A DNA stretch of 63,724 nucleotides, the filler included, from Choristocarpus tenellus KU-1152 (taxonomy: Eukaryota > Protista > Phaeophyceae): the NCBI GenBank assembly GCA_964200185.2. It is 7 parts of 7 records of this genome, joined end to end, with 100 filler letters (N's around TTAATTAATTAA, not from the genome) between each part and the next. Parts side by side here need not be neighbours in the genome. Positions count along the whole stretch, not along the records: positions 21,294 to 41,236 come from CAXNAD020000429.1; positions 41,337 to 47,431 come from CAXNAD020008952.1; 5 more parts are not named here. One strand, given 5' to 3'. Position numbers and translations under genes: made by a program. This document shows, one piece after another, positions 28,101 to 41,413 of the stretch. The first letter of the stretch is position 1. The number at the start of each line of letters is the position of its first letter. Below the pieces are notes generated by a model. That model ran no database searches and was not told the DNA's origin. It saw only the letters and a list, made by a program, of their open reading frames with translations.

Positions 28101-31100
28101 CTGTGAGCAGGTCACGAGTGTCAAGAGTATAAGCATTTAAGTATCAAATAGGACATATCTAACCCTAACTTTAGTGTCCCAGCCTTGCAACACTCACAAT
28201 TGGAGCAAATCAGCATTTTAGGATACGTTGAGCTGCTCCTAAGGGTCATTAGTGTCCCCTTACAACACTAGTGATATGCAACACCATGGAATCAACAAGG
28301 CATAGGTGACATGTCACATTATCATGGCATGTTTGGTCGTGTTCCTGGGAAGGTGAGAGGGAGCAGTCGTTGATCAACACTAATTGGTGAGTGAGGGTGA
28401 AACCAGGAAAATTATTAGTACCATGGGGGGTAATATCTGATAGGTGCTGCGCCCATGGACGAGTGAGGATACAGCTCTTGCTATCTCTGGAGCAAGAAAC
28501 TTTACAAAAGGGTCACACTGCAAGTTTTTTCTGCCAATACCCTCAGTGTAGATAGTTGGGGCCCCATGTTGCAACCTTAACATAGCTTGATGGAGGTTGA
28601 GGTTGCCGTTTCCATGTGACCCATCCCATGCTTCCACACCATATACACAGCATAAGCAGCATTGTTGGTGTTCGTCAAATGGCAGTATTTTTGAATGCAC
28701 AACCATGGGTAATATAGCAAATGCGCAATGGAGAGGCAGGAGTTCACCCCCGGGCATTGTTGACTCACACAGTCTTCTGCACCAATGTCATGTAACATGA
28801 GGAGGCCCAGGGTGGAGGATTTTCTCCGTCATACATAGCTACTCAGAGGCTGCAGATGGAGTGGAGGTAATGCTTTCCCAAGGCTACCACTCTACAAACT
28901 GTTGGGTAAAGCTTAGGAAAGTAGACTAGGACATTTAATGAGAAGAAAGGGAGTATTGCCCCGACCTTAACTAAGATAAGATATAGCAGTAACACTTAGT
29001 TGAAGTTCAGAGTAGTTTAAAGCTATAATATGTTCCTGACAGACACGCAATGTTGATCAGTGCCAGCAAGAACTTCTACTTTGCCAGCACCAGGGGGAGG
29101 GAACTCGTATGGATATGACTGAAGCCGCCAAATGAGGCAGTTGCTACTAGAGGGACTATCGTGCCCTACCCTATCCTACCCTACCACTCCCAAAACCGGC
29201 AAAAACACAAATGCGTAGTGTATGACCAAAAGCAATGAATAATGATTGAGGTCCTGAGACCATTGAGATGATTCTTACTCTCTAGCTGTTTGGTATTTTC
29301 TGGCTCCTGGACAAAGCTAGAATTTTTGTGACGCTGCTGTGTTTGTTGGTTCAATTTGGAATACTGATGCAATACCCTGGAGCCTTTATGGTCTTTCAGT
29401 TAGTATGTAGCTGAATGATAGGATTTGGAAGGTGTACCTCCAGCTAGGCAATATCTTAATAGAATATTGCTGGTGCAGTCAGACTGCAGAGTAGCGAGGG
29501 TGCACGCGGTACAGGACATAGAGAGATGAGGTACAGAGGGTCATATTATTGTGTGCAAGACACTGCTCTTGGGTGGGATTGGGGCTGAGGTTGATGTACA
29601 ACCCACGGGGTTATTGCTCCTGCTCTATTTTTGCTAAGTGGAAGTGTGACATGTAGTGTTTCAGCAGAGTTGGATTTATGGCACTGTTCAGGGGGTCGAA
29701 GATGGGTGGAGTGTTTTAGTAACAAGGTGTGGAATAGGAGAGCATTGGTATTGGATACACAGGGGAGTGTGTTTTGAGGAGGGTGCATTGGGGAGGCCTT
29801 GTGCGTGCATGGAGTCTCCTGTGCTGGCCTTTGTTGGTGATGCAGGCTCGTTCATATGCATGTACAAGAGTTGTCATGAATTGTGAGTTTTGCTTGCATA
29901 TGTGGATCTCTGATATGCACTTCAATTTCCTTTTTTTTTGGCATCGACCCCTAGAGGTCTGTTCCTGCATTTATAGTTGACCCTCTTGCTGAGTGATCTC
30001 TCTCCCAAGGGATGTTGATTTCTGAGGAGGTTGGCGTTCTGATTTTTCTGTCCAAGGAATATAGCATCTTCCGTTCTTTGAGCAGCTGGTAATGCATGGA
30101 AATAATTCATCGACAGCTTCTATGTACCTGTACCTTACCCTCCCTTCAAGGATATTACTTTTTTTTAACAATCCTGTTATGTACAATGACAAGCCTAGAG
30201 TGTATCAACAGACTTCGTGGCTAGCCCCTTCTACAGTACTTTTTATGTTTTTTCATCCTTTTGTCTCAGGAAATACTATGGAGAATCAAGGACTGCAAAC
30301 TTATTGAGGAGGGTGTCATTGTGGCAGTAGATCGGCCGTGGTTTACTGTGCCTACACCTCAATTGAACTATCAAGACCAGACCATAGAACCAAGCAAAAG
30401 GTACTGGAATGGCCTATACAGGTCATGGTGCCATTGTCAGGAGCCTGCTGGAACTGGACAGTGCACAGTTGGGAAAACTCAAGGGAGATGGTCCAGCTGA
30501 TCAAATTTGTGAGGTAGGCCGTGCCGGTTCTGCCTGAGAGAGAGCACATGCCTTGTGTGGGTCTCTGTAAACATTCCTAGGTTAAAATCATTTGGACGAT
30601 GCGTTTCAGTGAGATGCAGTGCAAGCAATGAAGTGTTGGTAATTGGGACCGGCCAAGGTGCTGTTCAGAGCACTCCTTGCAGGCATGCACCTGCCACTTT
30701 CCAAGACTCAGTGATGGCACAAGTGAAATTGTGTGTGGACCCTGGTACCCCTTTCACTCTTATTCTTCCCCGGGAAGAGAATCGGTAGATCCACAAAGGT
30801 ACAATGGAGTACGATGGAGGCAATGGCATGCCCCATAGGTTAGACAAAGATCTAGGCAAATTTCAGGATGGGTGCAAAGGAGTCAGTATGACGTAGGTGG
30901 GCACTGTTCAGGACACCTCCCTCATGGAACCCAGAGGGATCGATTCTCACTTCCACACCATGCCTGCTGTGATCTTCGTCAAAATCAGCTATGTATAGCT
31001 CAGGGATAGTTTCAGCACCAGCCTGCCAGCAGCATTCCATCCGTCAGTCACATCGTTCACCTCATGCAGGTAACAGAGGTTGCTTCATGCATGGATGGGT

Positions 31101-34100
31101 ATTGCCATTGGCAACGGACTAGAGTACTGTCAACAGTTGGACTGGGGTCTTCCTTTCCCCATGCCCATTTGGAGGTCATGATGATCAGTTTGCAAGGGCA
31201 ACCTGCTTTAAGGAGCTGGACCCATTCAAGGGATATTGGCCACTTTCCCTAACCTTTTTGATGAGCATGAGATTTTCACAATGTTCACATAAGATGGTCT
31301 GTTTTGCATACCTGTCTGCCACTGAGTATGCAGAAAGTCACCTCCCTCTTTCAGGCCCAGACGACTCATGTTCTTCTGGCTCTATTTAGTTTGGTCTATA
31401 TGGTCTGGTTGGACAACAAAATTGTGTGGGGTTTTGCTCCAGGTGCCCTGGTGCCTAATTTGGCCATGGTACTAGAAAGGCTGGATAAACTAATCGTGAG
31501 TTCTATGCCCCTGGAATCAATGGTGCATCAAGATTTACTTGGACTGGGGCATTTGCCATGATCTTCTCCTTTCACAGTTTTTTTCAGATCTTCACCAGCC
31601 GACTACAACTGAGGAATTCATCCAGTATATAGAGTCAATGAACTATATTTGCACCTCCCACAGGTGACGGAGTCATTGCGATTCCTAACAGAGTTGATGT
31701 AGGTGTGCTTGGCAGGTGTTACCCACTGCAACAGGTGTATGATCCCTCATCGGCCCATCGCTGTGGAGGCCTATATACACAAAAAATGCAAGCATTTGCC
31801 TGCCAGGCTGCACAGCCCCTGGTGTTGCAGGCAGTAGAGCTTGCACACCCACTCGAGGACTGCACTTTGCAGACTTTCCCAGATGCCTCTGACTAGCATG
31901 AGGGGTGTTTTGCCACTCAGGTGCTGTGTGAGGAGCTACATGATGAAGGAGCAGTAGGTGCATAGCTCATGATTCTCCTGTTTCCTGACCAGCACCCTTT
32001 GTAGATTGCCACTATTGTGAACCTCAGTGAATGACAGATTTTGTTGTCATCAGTGCCTGCTGTCACTTGGAAGGGATGCTGTGGAGTTGGCCCTCTATTT
32101 TTGGAGGTCACTGATGTCTGACTTGCATTTTCAACCCTCGATGTTGTGTATCCAACTTATATGCGTAGTGTCTTCAGTGCTAAGCCACTAGACCAGTAAG
32201 ATTACACCACTCAAAAAATATTTTTCGGAAAGTCTTACTTTCTCTTTGGTTAGATGTCCCTCTGATGGCTGTCTGGATTATGACATGGATATCTTCAATG
32301 GTGGCAGGGGAAGCCCCCTGAAGAGTGCATTATTGGGGGCAGGTGCTTTATTTTGACTACCTTGATGCGGGTGGGTGAGACGAAACGCCAAGGCTTAAGA
32401 AGCATATTTTGGTCATGCTACATTACTCAAGCAACCTTACTTGGCTAGAGCTTGCTAAAAACAAGTGATGCCGAGATTATAGGAAGGTATTTACACAAGT
32501 GGTGTATGAACCTGGAAATATCTGAGATATGGGTGAGCAACATCACCTCCCATTTTAAGAACAAGGTGTTGAGGAGGATGCAGGAGCATGGCCTTGAGTA
32601 CCTTGTGACTGGTGGAAGTGTGGAATGCCACCAGAGTTTTACACTCTTTCTTATCCTTTTCTCAACCAACATAGTCTTCCACAAGTTGGTATTATACTGC
32701 TACGTAGTATATTAGAACTCGAAGCAATTGCCCTGTGTCTAGTGACTTGTACGATATTGTACCCTCTTTCAGAGTGCACTGTAGTTCCCTTCACCTGCAT
32801 TTCATAAACATAAAAAAAAACTTGGCTGTTCGTTTTTCTTTCTATTTTGTGCAGCTGTTTTATCACTATTTGTTTCCTTTTCTACATTGTACTGTGAAGT
32901 TATAAGCATTATATTACTGTTGTCATTGTTGTGTTGTCTGTGTTCTGTTGTGAGGTGTATGTCCCAATATTTCTGTGTGTGAAGTAGTTGTGTTAAAATG
33001 ACCATAAAATCATCGTTAATCCTCTGCAGTCAACCCTTCAACCACATATTCAGTCTTCAGTGAAACGTGAGCAACATCTTCGATAATACAAGAGAGCATG
33101 CCTCTGATGATAGAGAAGGAGTACAGTATAGAGTGTAAGTTAAACTTTTGCGCCTACAGCAATGCCTGTCACCTTTCAAGGGGCCTTTTGGCCTTTTGCC
33201 ATGTGATGCTGTATGTTTCTCGGCACTCAGCACGCTTCACATGCGTTGCTTTATGCACTAACGGTTGAATCATGTTCATAGAAAAGTTTCTGTCCGATTT
33301 TCCTTTTAATCTTGGATTCTCAAAGTTACATAACTGCTGGAGGGAATTATAGAAATTTGTTTTATTCCCACGTGTATTTGGTATATTTTGAGGCATCTTT
33401 TGAATGGTTTGACCGTGTTGAGATACATTTTCATCCATGGCAGCCAACCAACATGGCGGGGGTGGTGGGCCAGTGTCATGCATATGGCGCCATACCCACT
33501 TGGGGACCCCGAATCCCCTGTTAAGGGAGGTACCCCCAATTTTTTCAATCAAATTTTGTGACACATTGATCGACCAATTTATCATTTTATTGCACGAAAT
33601 GAAGGATGTCAGACCCTAGTTAGGGGGCTAACGCGCATATTTTCCATGTGATCCGTGCGTGTGTTTGAAGTGATGCAAACTCTAACTTTTTTTTTGTGAA
33701 GTATTTCAAATTTTTTGACCTGTTATATTGAGATTGCGCTTACAACAGTGTTTGGCAGTATCATCTTCCGCGGTGCAATGCATGCTGCCATGGATTGATG
33801 TATGAAGCAATGCTGGACCACAGATGCGCTTGTCTTGTTGTGTGAGAAATGAAATGTATGTGGTCCTGCACAACCACCTGGTTCATGGGTTAGGCTTTTC
33901 TTAGAGGCAATTAGAGTGAAAGTATCTTAGAGGGTACGAGTTTTGCCCTGTTTGTCCATCAGGGGCTTGGCTTCCCTCGGGAGTTTTATGACATTTTCCT
34001 ACTCCAAAGTGTTTAGGGGTAGATAAAATGTATACGTTATGAAAAGGTGTGTCCGGAACAAGGATAATGGCACTTCCTAGCAAACACGATAGCCAAAATT

Positions 34101-37100
34101 ACATCCGAATCGCATCATTGGATTTTGGCCCCCAAATGGATGCGGCTCTACCCTCTAAGATAATTTGGCTCGCAACAAGGTTCAGACCAAGTGTAAAATC
34201 CAACTGGTCATTTTCTGTCTCTAAGTGTTGAAAACACATTGCCACACGAATCAAGCTTATTGCTTCCCTATACTCTGTTGTGTTGTGCCGTGAACCGAGA
34301 GCTAGTGAGTGCAAGTTAAATTGTGCTTGAAGCGCATGAGGTAAGGCAAGTGAAGCACTGAGCGCTAGAAGGGTCCTTAAGCTAAGAGTGCAGCCTTGGA
34401 TAAACATATGAGAAAATATCCATTTGGAAATTGCCCCTTGATATTTTGTTTTTATGAATCCCAATTCAATTGCTTCAATTCACAATACTATTTTTGTTAC
34501 ATACTTCGAAGTATAGCATAAAAACTGTACCCTTGATACCACGTGGTGTACCTGTTGGCAAAGAAGCCCATGGTTGGAAAAATATCAAAATATTTTGAAC
34601 TTAACCAACTTGGGCTAAGTGGAGTGATTTAAGAGACTTGGTACATTGAAGCTGTACTACAAGAGATTATATCATTAAGATTACCGCAATATGGTCAGTT
34701 CTGGTGCCACACCACTGTATCAGGAAAAAAAAACGTTTCCCCTCCGTTGGTAGTGTATGCACCTTTTGATCTGACTCCGTTGATATTCAACATCCACCCG
34801 GTTGATAACGTTTTTGAGAGATTACCCCTTGAGCAAGGGCATAAGATTTCAGGAAAACCTTGTAGTTTGCTGGTTCAATATCCAGTTTGGACAATGTAAT
34901 AAAACCACATACTATGGTATGAACTAGTGTTATTGTCCTATCTCATCAACTGACCTTTGGTAGCCAAAACGAATTTACCATGTACACTACAATGTGTATG
35001 TCGTGATGTTGTTAGGTAGATGGTTTGATATGATGGGGAGGGATTCTGTTTTCTCAATGCCCCCAACTGGTGGTTGATTCAAATGTTCAACATTGTGTCT
35101 GTGACAAGTTCAGGAGACCCTCTGGGAAGAAGATTGTTTTCTGAAGTGGGACTATCAATGGCTGTCCTTCATGGTTGTGCTTCTGTATGGCTGTGCTGAA
35201 ACAAGGGTCTAGTATTAAACCTCATTGATTAAACCCCATTGGTTTGTGCAGCACTGTTCTGCTTGTCTGCAGAGTTATATTGGAAACCGAACAGCATCAC
35301 CTCGAATTTCACGATTTTGACACAGAGTCCAGGCTGGGTTTGACCAGGGTCGAAAATTGTGTTTTTGCTATGACCAGCTCATGATTGCTTATGAGCCAGG
35401 TTCTTTTCTCTGTATTCTCTGCCATCGTTATCCTTTGTGCTTGTTCATTTTTCTGAAGCAACATTAATAGTCATCCCCTTTCACCATTACACTTTAATAG
35501 GCTGGAAGCAAGCTCGGCAAGGTTCTGGACAAGAGCATCAGCCTTCTGGAGAGCCTGGCCACTCCGCAAGGTTCAACAAGGGAGGACCGACCTCGCACCC
35601 GTGGGAGTGGAGGAGCCTTACCAACTGTAAGTGGATCACTGAGTGTGTTTTTTCGCATTGACGTGATCAGCTCACCAATTTCTTTTTGTGGTGAGCACTG
35701 TAATAGTGTTAGCTCTTGCATCTCTACTACATGCTAGACACTATTATCGTGTATACTATGTACACTTGTCACAATCTGCGATCATACCATCTGTTGTGCA
35801 GATGATTCTTTAATTCTTCATTGATTATATGGTGGATGCTGAGCTACTATATACTATGGAATGACTGTGCTGTTCTGATTGCAACCACTTCTTATCTTGC
35901 CAGCAATGTAGTTGATGTGCTTCGAATAGGTGTGTTTTTCTGATGGATCAATGAATCTTAACTGAGCAGGGAAGTTGTGAAGCAAAATACACTTGCCTAG
36001 TCTACACTGGACTGGATTGTTTTGATTGCAAGCTTGGATTTGTTATGGATGAGACTTGATGCAACTGCAGTGGTGACATGTACATTTGCTTGGTGTTTGT
36101 TTTGGGAATTGTAGTGGCTACGATTTGCAAAACAGACGTTCTCCTAGTGGTGATACTTTTTCACCTCAGAGTTTATTTGTTTGTTTTAGTTGGAAGGATT
36201 GTCCATCAACCAGCCGTACGGCTCTTCCCCAGTTAGTGTGGTTCATTACTTCCCTGGTAATTACTGGTGTGTGATTACAGGTGCGGCAAGCTGTATGCAC
36301 CTTGCGTAACTTGGCCCTCCTTTATATAGATAGATGACCTGGGTCTGTACCACTTGTCCTTCCATTGGCAACATGTAGGAATTGTGTTTCGAAGATGGTT
36401 GTATGTCAAGCATATGGAAGGAGCTCTCTCTTGGTTTGACTGACTGGTGCCGTAGTCATATCAGAAAAAGGGGGCTGCAACTTCGTCCCTTGGATCGTGA
36501 AAAAGAGGTTGATAGTAGGGTGATCTCAATCTTCAAAGCATTTTCTCAGGGGCGTACTTGGTGTGGAAGTATCTACTGTTGATTGGGTGGTACAATGCAA
36601 GCTGCAATCTTCACAGCTTAGTCTCTGATATATTCCTTGGCTCAACAGTTACAGTTGAATGTCATTTGGATTGACCGCACACAACCCAGTACTTTAACCG
36701 AAAAGCACTTTATTTGTATGTTGGTGTGGGAGCTGGCTAGTACAAGGGTATGGGAGCTACTGAGTATTCAACCACCATACTCAGTTGTGCTAGGTGGCAT
36801 TGCCAAGAACATTTTCCCCTGATAGAGATGTTGATGTTTACTTGTTCTGTGTATGTTTTGTTGTACCTCCTGAAATCGAATCCCGTGGCGCACGTTTTTC
36901 CATCAAGTCGTTCTTTGCTGCATGGTGGACCATCCCAATTGCTATTGTACATCTAGATTCATCAATAAAGGAGGTAATACTGCCTGCTCATCACTTACAT
37001 CAACTGAAACTGAAGTCACCATCATAATGAGTCTTGCATGTTTTTGTGTTTGTCCTGACTTTGAACCACAGGGGATAGGAGAACTGTGGGGCTTGCCAAC

Positions 37101-38593
37101 GGAATCACCTCCTCCCATTTCCATTCAGGGGATTCTACCAGTGGGATCAGCACGCAAGGAAGTCGAGGTGATGGCATGGAGTTTGCTCCTTCCTGTGTGC
37201 TTGTAATGTACATTAGGTACATGTTCACGTTTTTGTTGGACTGAGTGATGTGAATTGTAGCAAATCAATCGCTAAGGTTCATTTTAGTTGTAGTTGATTG
37301 AACCTGAAAAACTAAGGATTAAATTTCGATTGGGTGCTCTTTGTCAAAATGCGCGATTTTGTTATCTGCTTGGGGAGCTTGCAAGCTGAGTGCCTCAACT
37401 GGTGCAATATGTCTGTGTCTCAATTATCCTCAAGTACATCAACATTTTCTGAGACAATGAAATTTTTACTCGTTAATGTCCATAATTCACAGCACTAGTT
37501 AGAACCTGTCTGTGTTGTTTGATGGATGTGGATGGAGCTTACAGCTCACGGAATAGATGTCTTCCTCAAGTGAGGATTGGAACAACATGTTGTACACTCT
37601 TGTAGCAGGACTGGCGTTTCTCTCTTTCAAGGCTCGGGGCTGTTTTTCTGCAGCAGTCATGTCGCAGTCTGAAGGACTCAGCAACATTGACAGTGCAGCG
37701 TGTTTGTGTGCCACCCTCTAATTGAGATTCAGATGTGTTGGTTCTGTAGGTTTTCGTGTTTGCATTCTTTGCAAGCAATGTCTGTTGTATATGCTGGGGT
37801 GGATTTCCCTTGAGTTGGATGCGTGCTTGAGTCAACACCCTTGACATGCCAACAATGAAAGCACTATGCTGCAATTGGTACTTTATCCACAAAACTGCAC
37901 CGATCAGCTCTATTCCGTCCCCTAATGTCTTCCATGGGAGTGTTCTCAGTCACCATGTCGAAGGACCTCTGTGTTTCAATGGTACACCCCCCCTCTCCAT
38001 GATACTGTTGACGAGTTAAGAGCCCAAAGAATGACATTATCATTTCACATCAGAGATCCTGCGGACATCTGGAGTTATGTAGAATATTTAAGTCATCATG
38101 GCAAGGTAATATTTCAGTCTACAGTCAATCTTTCAATCTATATAGATTGTTTCGAGCTCAGATCTCATACCTGGCGTTGGCTGTGAACAGGAAATAAGAG
38201 TCCCACACTGTGATTCCAGTCCGATTACTGCCCACTAGAACCTCTGTCTCAAGTGCATACCTTGATGGTCCTCCTGTTCTTTTTTTTATATCAGGCAGTA
38301 GGTGCAAGAACTTTGAATTCAAATATTTACAAGGAGCTTAACAATCTCGTCACCGATATTGGAGGAATTTTCTGGCTACAAATTTTACCTCAAAAGGCTG
38401 GGACAGTGGGGAGTATGTTGGCTGCCTGCACTAATGCAGAACCGGAGACAGAAGGTGGGGTAGATGTACCAAGAGCAACTCACGTAAAAGGGTCAGGGGC
38501 TTCAGAGGGAGCACATGCTGGAGCTGTTGGAAGGTCAGATTTGAGGGCTGGGGAGACTGACTTCACAGCAGCTGAAGACAAGTTGCTTTGCAG
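22118..38593 (+). CDS. GON4L/YY1AP1/DUO3-like nuclear protein, 5' part (at least 7 exons, 3' end not found in contig)
   Basis: GT-AG exons joining in phase 0: 22118-22132 (MDDEE), 22277-22369 (..LYEMFLRDNLPE), 22666-22797 (DDEGDEDFEP...ILTRELNDLLWD), 24586-24687 (EQMSMHYQLLLQTALLA), 35501-35626, 37072-37167, 38295-38593 (..FTAAEDKLLC). Motif order matches GON4L/DUO3 as I recall it (acidic DDxDxDY/F block, QMxxHxQLLxQ, FTxAEDxLL). Additional exons may be missed. Confidence 0.72.
25721..25768. repeat. Imperfect (CAAT)n microsatellite
   Basis: caatcaatcaatcaataatcaatcaatcgataatcaatcaatcaatc. Confidence 0.85.
26000..32700. mobile_element. Cluster of decayed DIRS/Ngaro-type (tyrosine recombinase) retrotransposon fragments inside an intron
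   Basis: RT-like remnants at about 26000-26700 (-; HLGWRIEP) and 31000-31900 (+; CPFG, VWLDNKIVWG). RNase H-like remnants at about 28380-28760 (-) and 32250-32620 (+). Recombinase-like remnant at about 30200-30790 (+; FMFF, IKT, SEHSL/RHAPAT, GPWYPFHSY). All are frameshifted. Confidence 0.4.
33914..34171 (+). mobile_element. MITE family A copy (about 258 bp)
   Basis: gagtgaaagtatcttagagggta ... taccctctaagataatttggctc imperfect 23-bp TIRs; seven copies in the window. Confidence 0.85.
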
Positions 38594-39275
38594 GTGTGAT
38601 TTAGGGGCTTGCTTACTTTTAGGTTGGAACCTCTTGAAGAATGTGAGACGAGTTTGTTAGCCACACCTTCTATTTTTCCCCTCAACACACCTTAGATGTT
38701 GAGAATTACTCACAGTTAAGCCTCTAATGCTGCACCACTACTTTTTGCTTGAAGTGGATCATTTTGAATTGAGAAGTGATGGACACATCAAGACTGTGCT
38801 GGGGGCTATTGAAAGGTTTATTGCACAAGATTTGTGTTCTAAATTTTACTGAAACTTTTTTGCCATCTTTTTCCATATTCAGTGCCCCATCTCCAGGGAT
38901 TGTAGAACGCACTGGAAGACTGAATCTTGCCGCTGAGTTGGCGATGCCGTTTCACACATGTTAGTTGCTCCATGGAATGGCAGAAGCAAACTTGAGATAG
39001 CTTTGCTTGATTTAGAGGGTTCATTTGGGTAAGGGTATCGGGTTCCCTATTTTCTTTATTTTAGAAGGCGGTGTTTTGATTGTATTGTCCTGCCATTCAA
39101 GTCAGATTTTGTTAACCCCTGGCTTGCATGTGAGGCTTGATACATATCCCCCTACATCACCCTGAAATAGGACCTTAAGGTCGATGCTGCCATGCAGACA
39201 TAATGAAGCCTGAATTATCAGGAGCAAGGTAACAAGGGAACCTTTGTCATCACCTCATCTGAGAATTTGACTTGT

Positions 39276-39533
39276 GAGTCAAGGTATCTTAGAGGGTAGA
39301 GCTGTGTCCGTTTCGGGGTCAAAAGTCAATGTTACGATTTGGATGTAATTTTGGCTATCATGTTTGCTAGGAAGTGTCAATTTCTTTGTTCCAGACACAC
39401 CTTTCCATAATGCATACATTTTACCTACTCCGAAACATATCAGAGTAGCTAAAATGTCATAAGAAAAACTGTGGGAAGTCAAGCCCCAAATGGACAAACA
39501 GGGCAAAACTCATACCCTCAGATATTCTCACTC
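39276..39533 (-). mobile_element. MITE family A copy
   Basis: gagtcaaggtatcttagagggta ... taccctcagatattctcactc; colinear with the other copies. Confidence 0.85.
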
Positions 39534-40370
39534 TCGTGTGCATTACCTTCTCCGTCTCTGGTCCCACTCTTGCAAGAGTTGACATAGCCAAGGTTGCAGT
39601 TTTTCTTTCTTTCAATTTCTTTTTTGAAGGCCCTGTCACAGTGTCCTGACAACGAAAAATAGCCAGGTATAGTCCATCACTTCCTCAGTCGGTACAGCAT
39701 TGATTTGATGGTTGATACTCACCTGTGTGGGGATTTAGAACCGAGGTTTCTATAGTATTACCAATCCCGACTTCCAAATTTCCTGCCATCACAACCCAGG
39801 AGCGCTCACATGGCAGTAATATTTTGGAATAGTTGGCGTTTTTCAGGCCCTTTTTATAGGGCTGCGTGGCAAACAGAACTTTGGATCAGCTGCCATCCTG
39901 CAGACCAAACCATAGAAACAACTTGCAGCTTTGATCTGTAGCGTTTAGATTGTATTTTTCCAGGCTAGGCAGCAGACCAAGTGCTGGTCAAACCTCACCG
40001 GCCAAGACAAGACCTTTCGGGAATTTTTTTCGTCAGTTGAAAATCACGTTTTGAAAAAAATAACGAGTCATCACATGTAGACAATAGAAGAAGTGGTAGG
40101 CCTGGGACTAGAATTTTCAGAATATCACAAGATGGGCCACCTCACAGAGTGAACCTGTGCCAAACCACATTGCCCAGGACTGAACTTTTCAATACAGATC
40201 AGACTGGACCAACCTACAGAACAGGAATTTCATGTGCTTTGCCTGATGAAAGGTCATGGTCAGTTCTTTTACTGTCTGTTCCTGGCAAATGAATCCAGTC
40301 TTTGGATTTAATAAATGAAGTCAAGTTTCTACATAGCTACTCTGCAAATTGCATGAAAGCCCTCCAGGAC

Positions 40371-40630
40371 AAGCCAAAGTATCATAGAGGGTAGAGCTGC
40401 GTCCATTTGGGTCCAAAATCCAATTCGGCGATTTTGATGTAATTTTGGCTATTGTGTTTGTTAGGAAGTGTCAATATCCTTGTTGCGGACACACCTTTCC
40501 ATAACGTACACATTTTACCGACTCCGAAACATTTTGGAGTAGGAAAATGTCATTAAAAAAAAAATGAGGGAAGCCAAGCCCCAAATGGACAAACAGGACA
40601 AAACCCGTACCTTCTAAGATACTTTCACTC
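40371..40630 (-). mobile_element. MITE family A copy
   Basis: aagccaaagtatcatagagggta ... taccttctaagatactttcactc. Confidence 0.85.
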
Positions 40631-41236
40631 AAATCCACCAAAGGTGGGAAGGACAATGCATTATTGGGCAACTACAATACAGTGATATTGTATGAGGTTG
40701 GAGTAGTTTGGAGTCTGATCTCAGTAACGTCAAGTATGCATTCCCTCAACAAGTTACTGTGCCCGACAAGGTAGCAGCTGTGCATCTCATACTATGTGCA
40801 GGCGGGTCTAGATAGGTTGCTCCATCCACGATGACACATGAATAACTCTACTACTACTTCCAGGGTTACAAGCAATTTGTACTGGCGCCATTCCTGTCTT
40901 GCTTCTTGTGTGTTGGTTTCAGCATTTCCACCTCTCATCGCTCTGCCTCCTCCCTCGAATAATCTGTTTGACCCACCATCAAGGTTCTAACTCAATCTCG
41001 GTCTAGCGGAAAGTAGAGTTGAAGAAACAATGACATTAATTGCGATAGTGATGACTCATCGTGCCTAAATAAAATACGTATCAAATGCAGCGTTCATTTT
41101 ATTGGCATATTCCTTTTTGTTGTACAATTGTAATACGTATCATTTTCTCTGGCTCTTCTATCCTAGTCCGTATTACCATGCATTGCATGTATGTAACACA
41201 CAACAAACATGCATACATAATACATAATACATACAT

Positions 41237-41336
41237 NNNNNNNNNNNNNNNNNNNNNNNNNNNNNNNNNNNNNNNNNNNNTTAATTAATTAANNNNNNNN
41301 NNNNNNNNNNNNNNNNNNNNNNNNNNNNNNNNNNNN
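41237..41336. other. Artificial contig linker
   Basis: N44-TTAATTAATTAA-N44. Confidence 0.97.
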
Positions 41337-41413
41337 GCACTTTCCGCGCACCATTTTGGGTCAAACCCATCCTCCATGGTATGCTCCATCCTCAATTTTG
41401 CTGAGAGGCTGTT
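41337..41413 (+). mobile_element. Divergent right end of family E element
   Basis: ttttgggtcaaacccatcctccatggtatgctccatcctcaattttgctgagaggctgtt. Confidence 0.6.
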
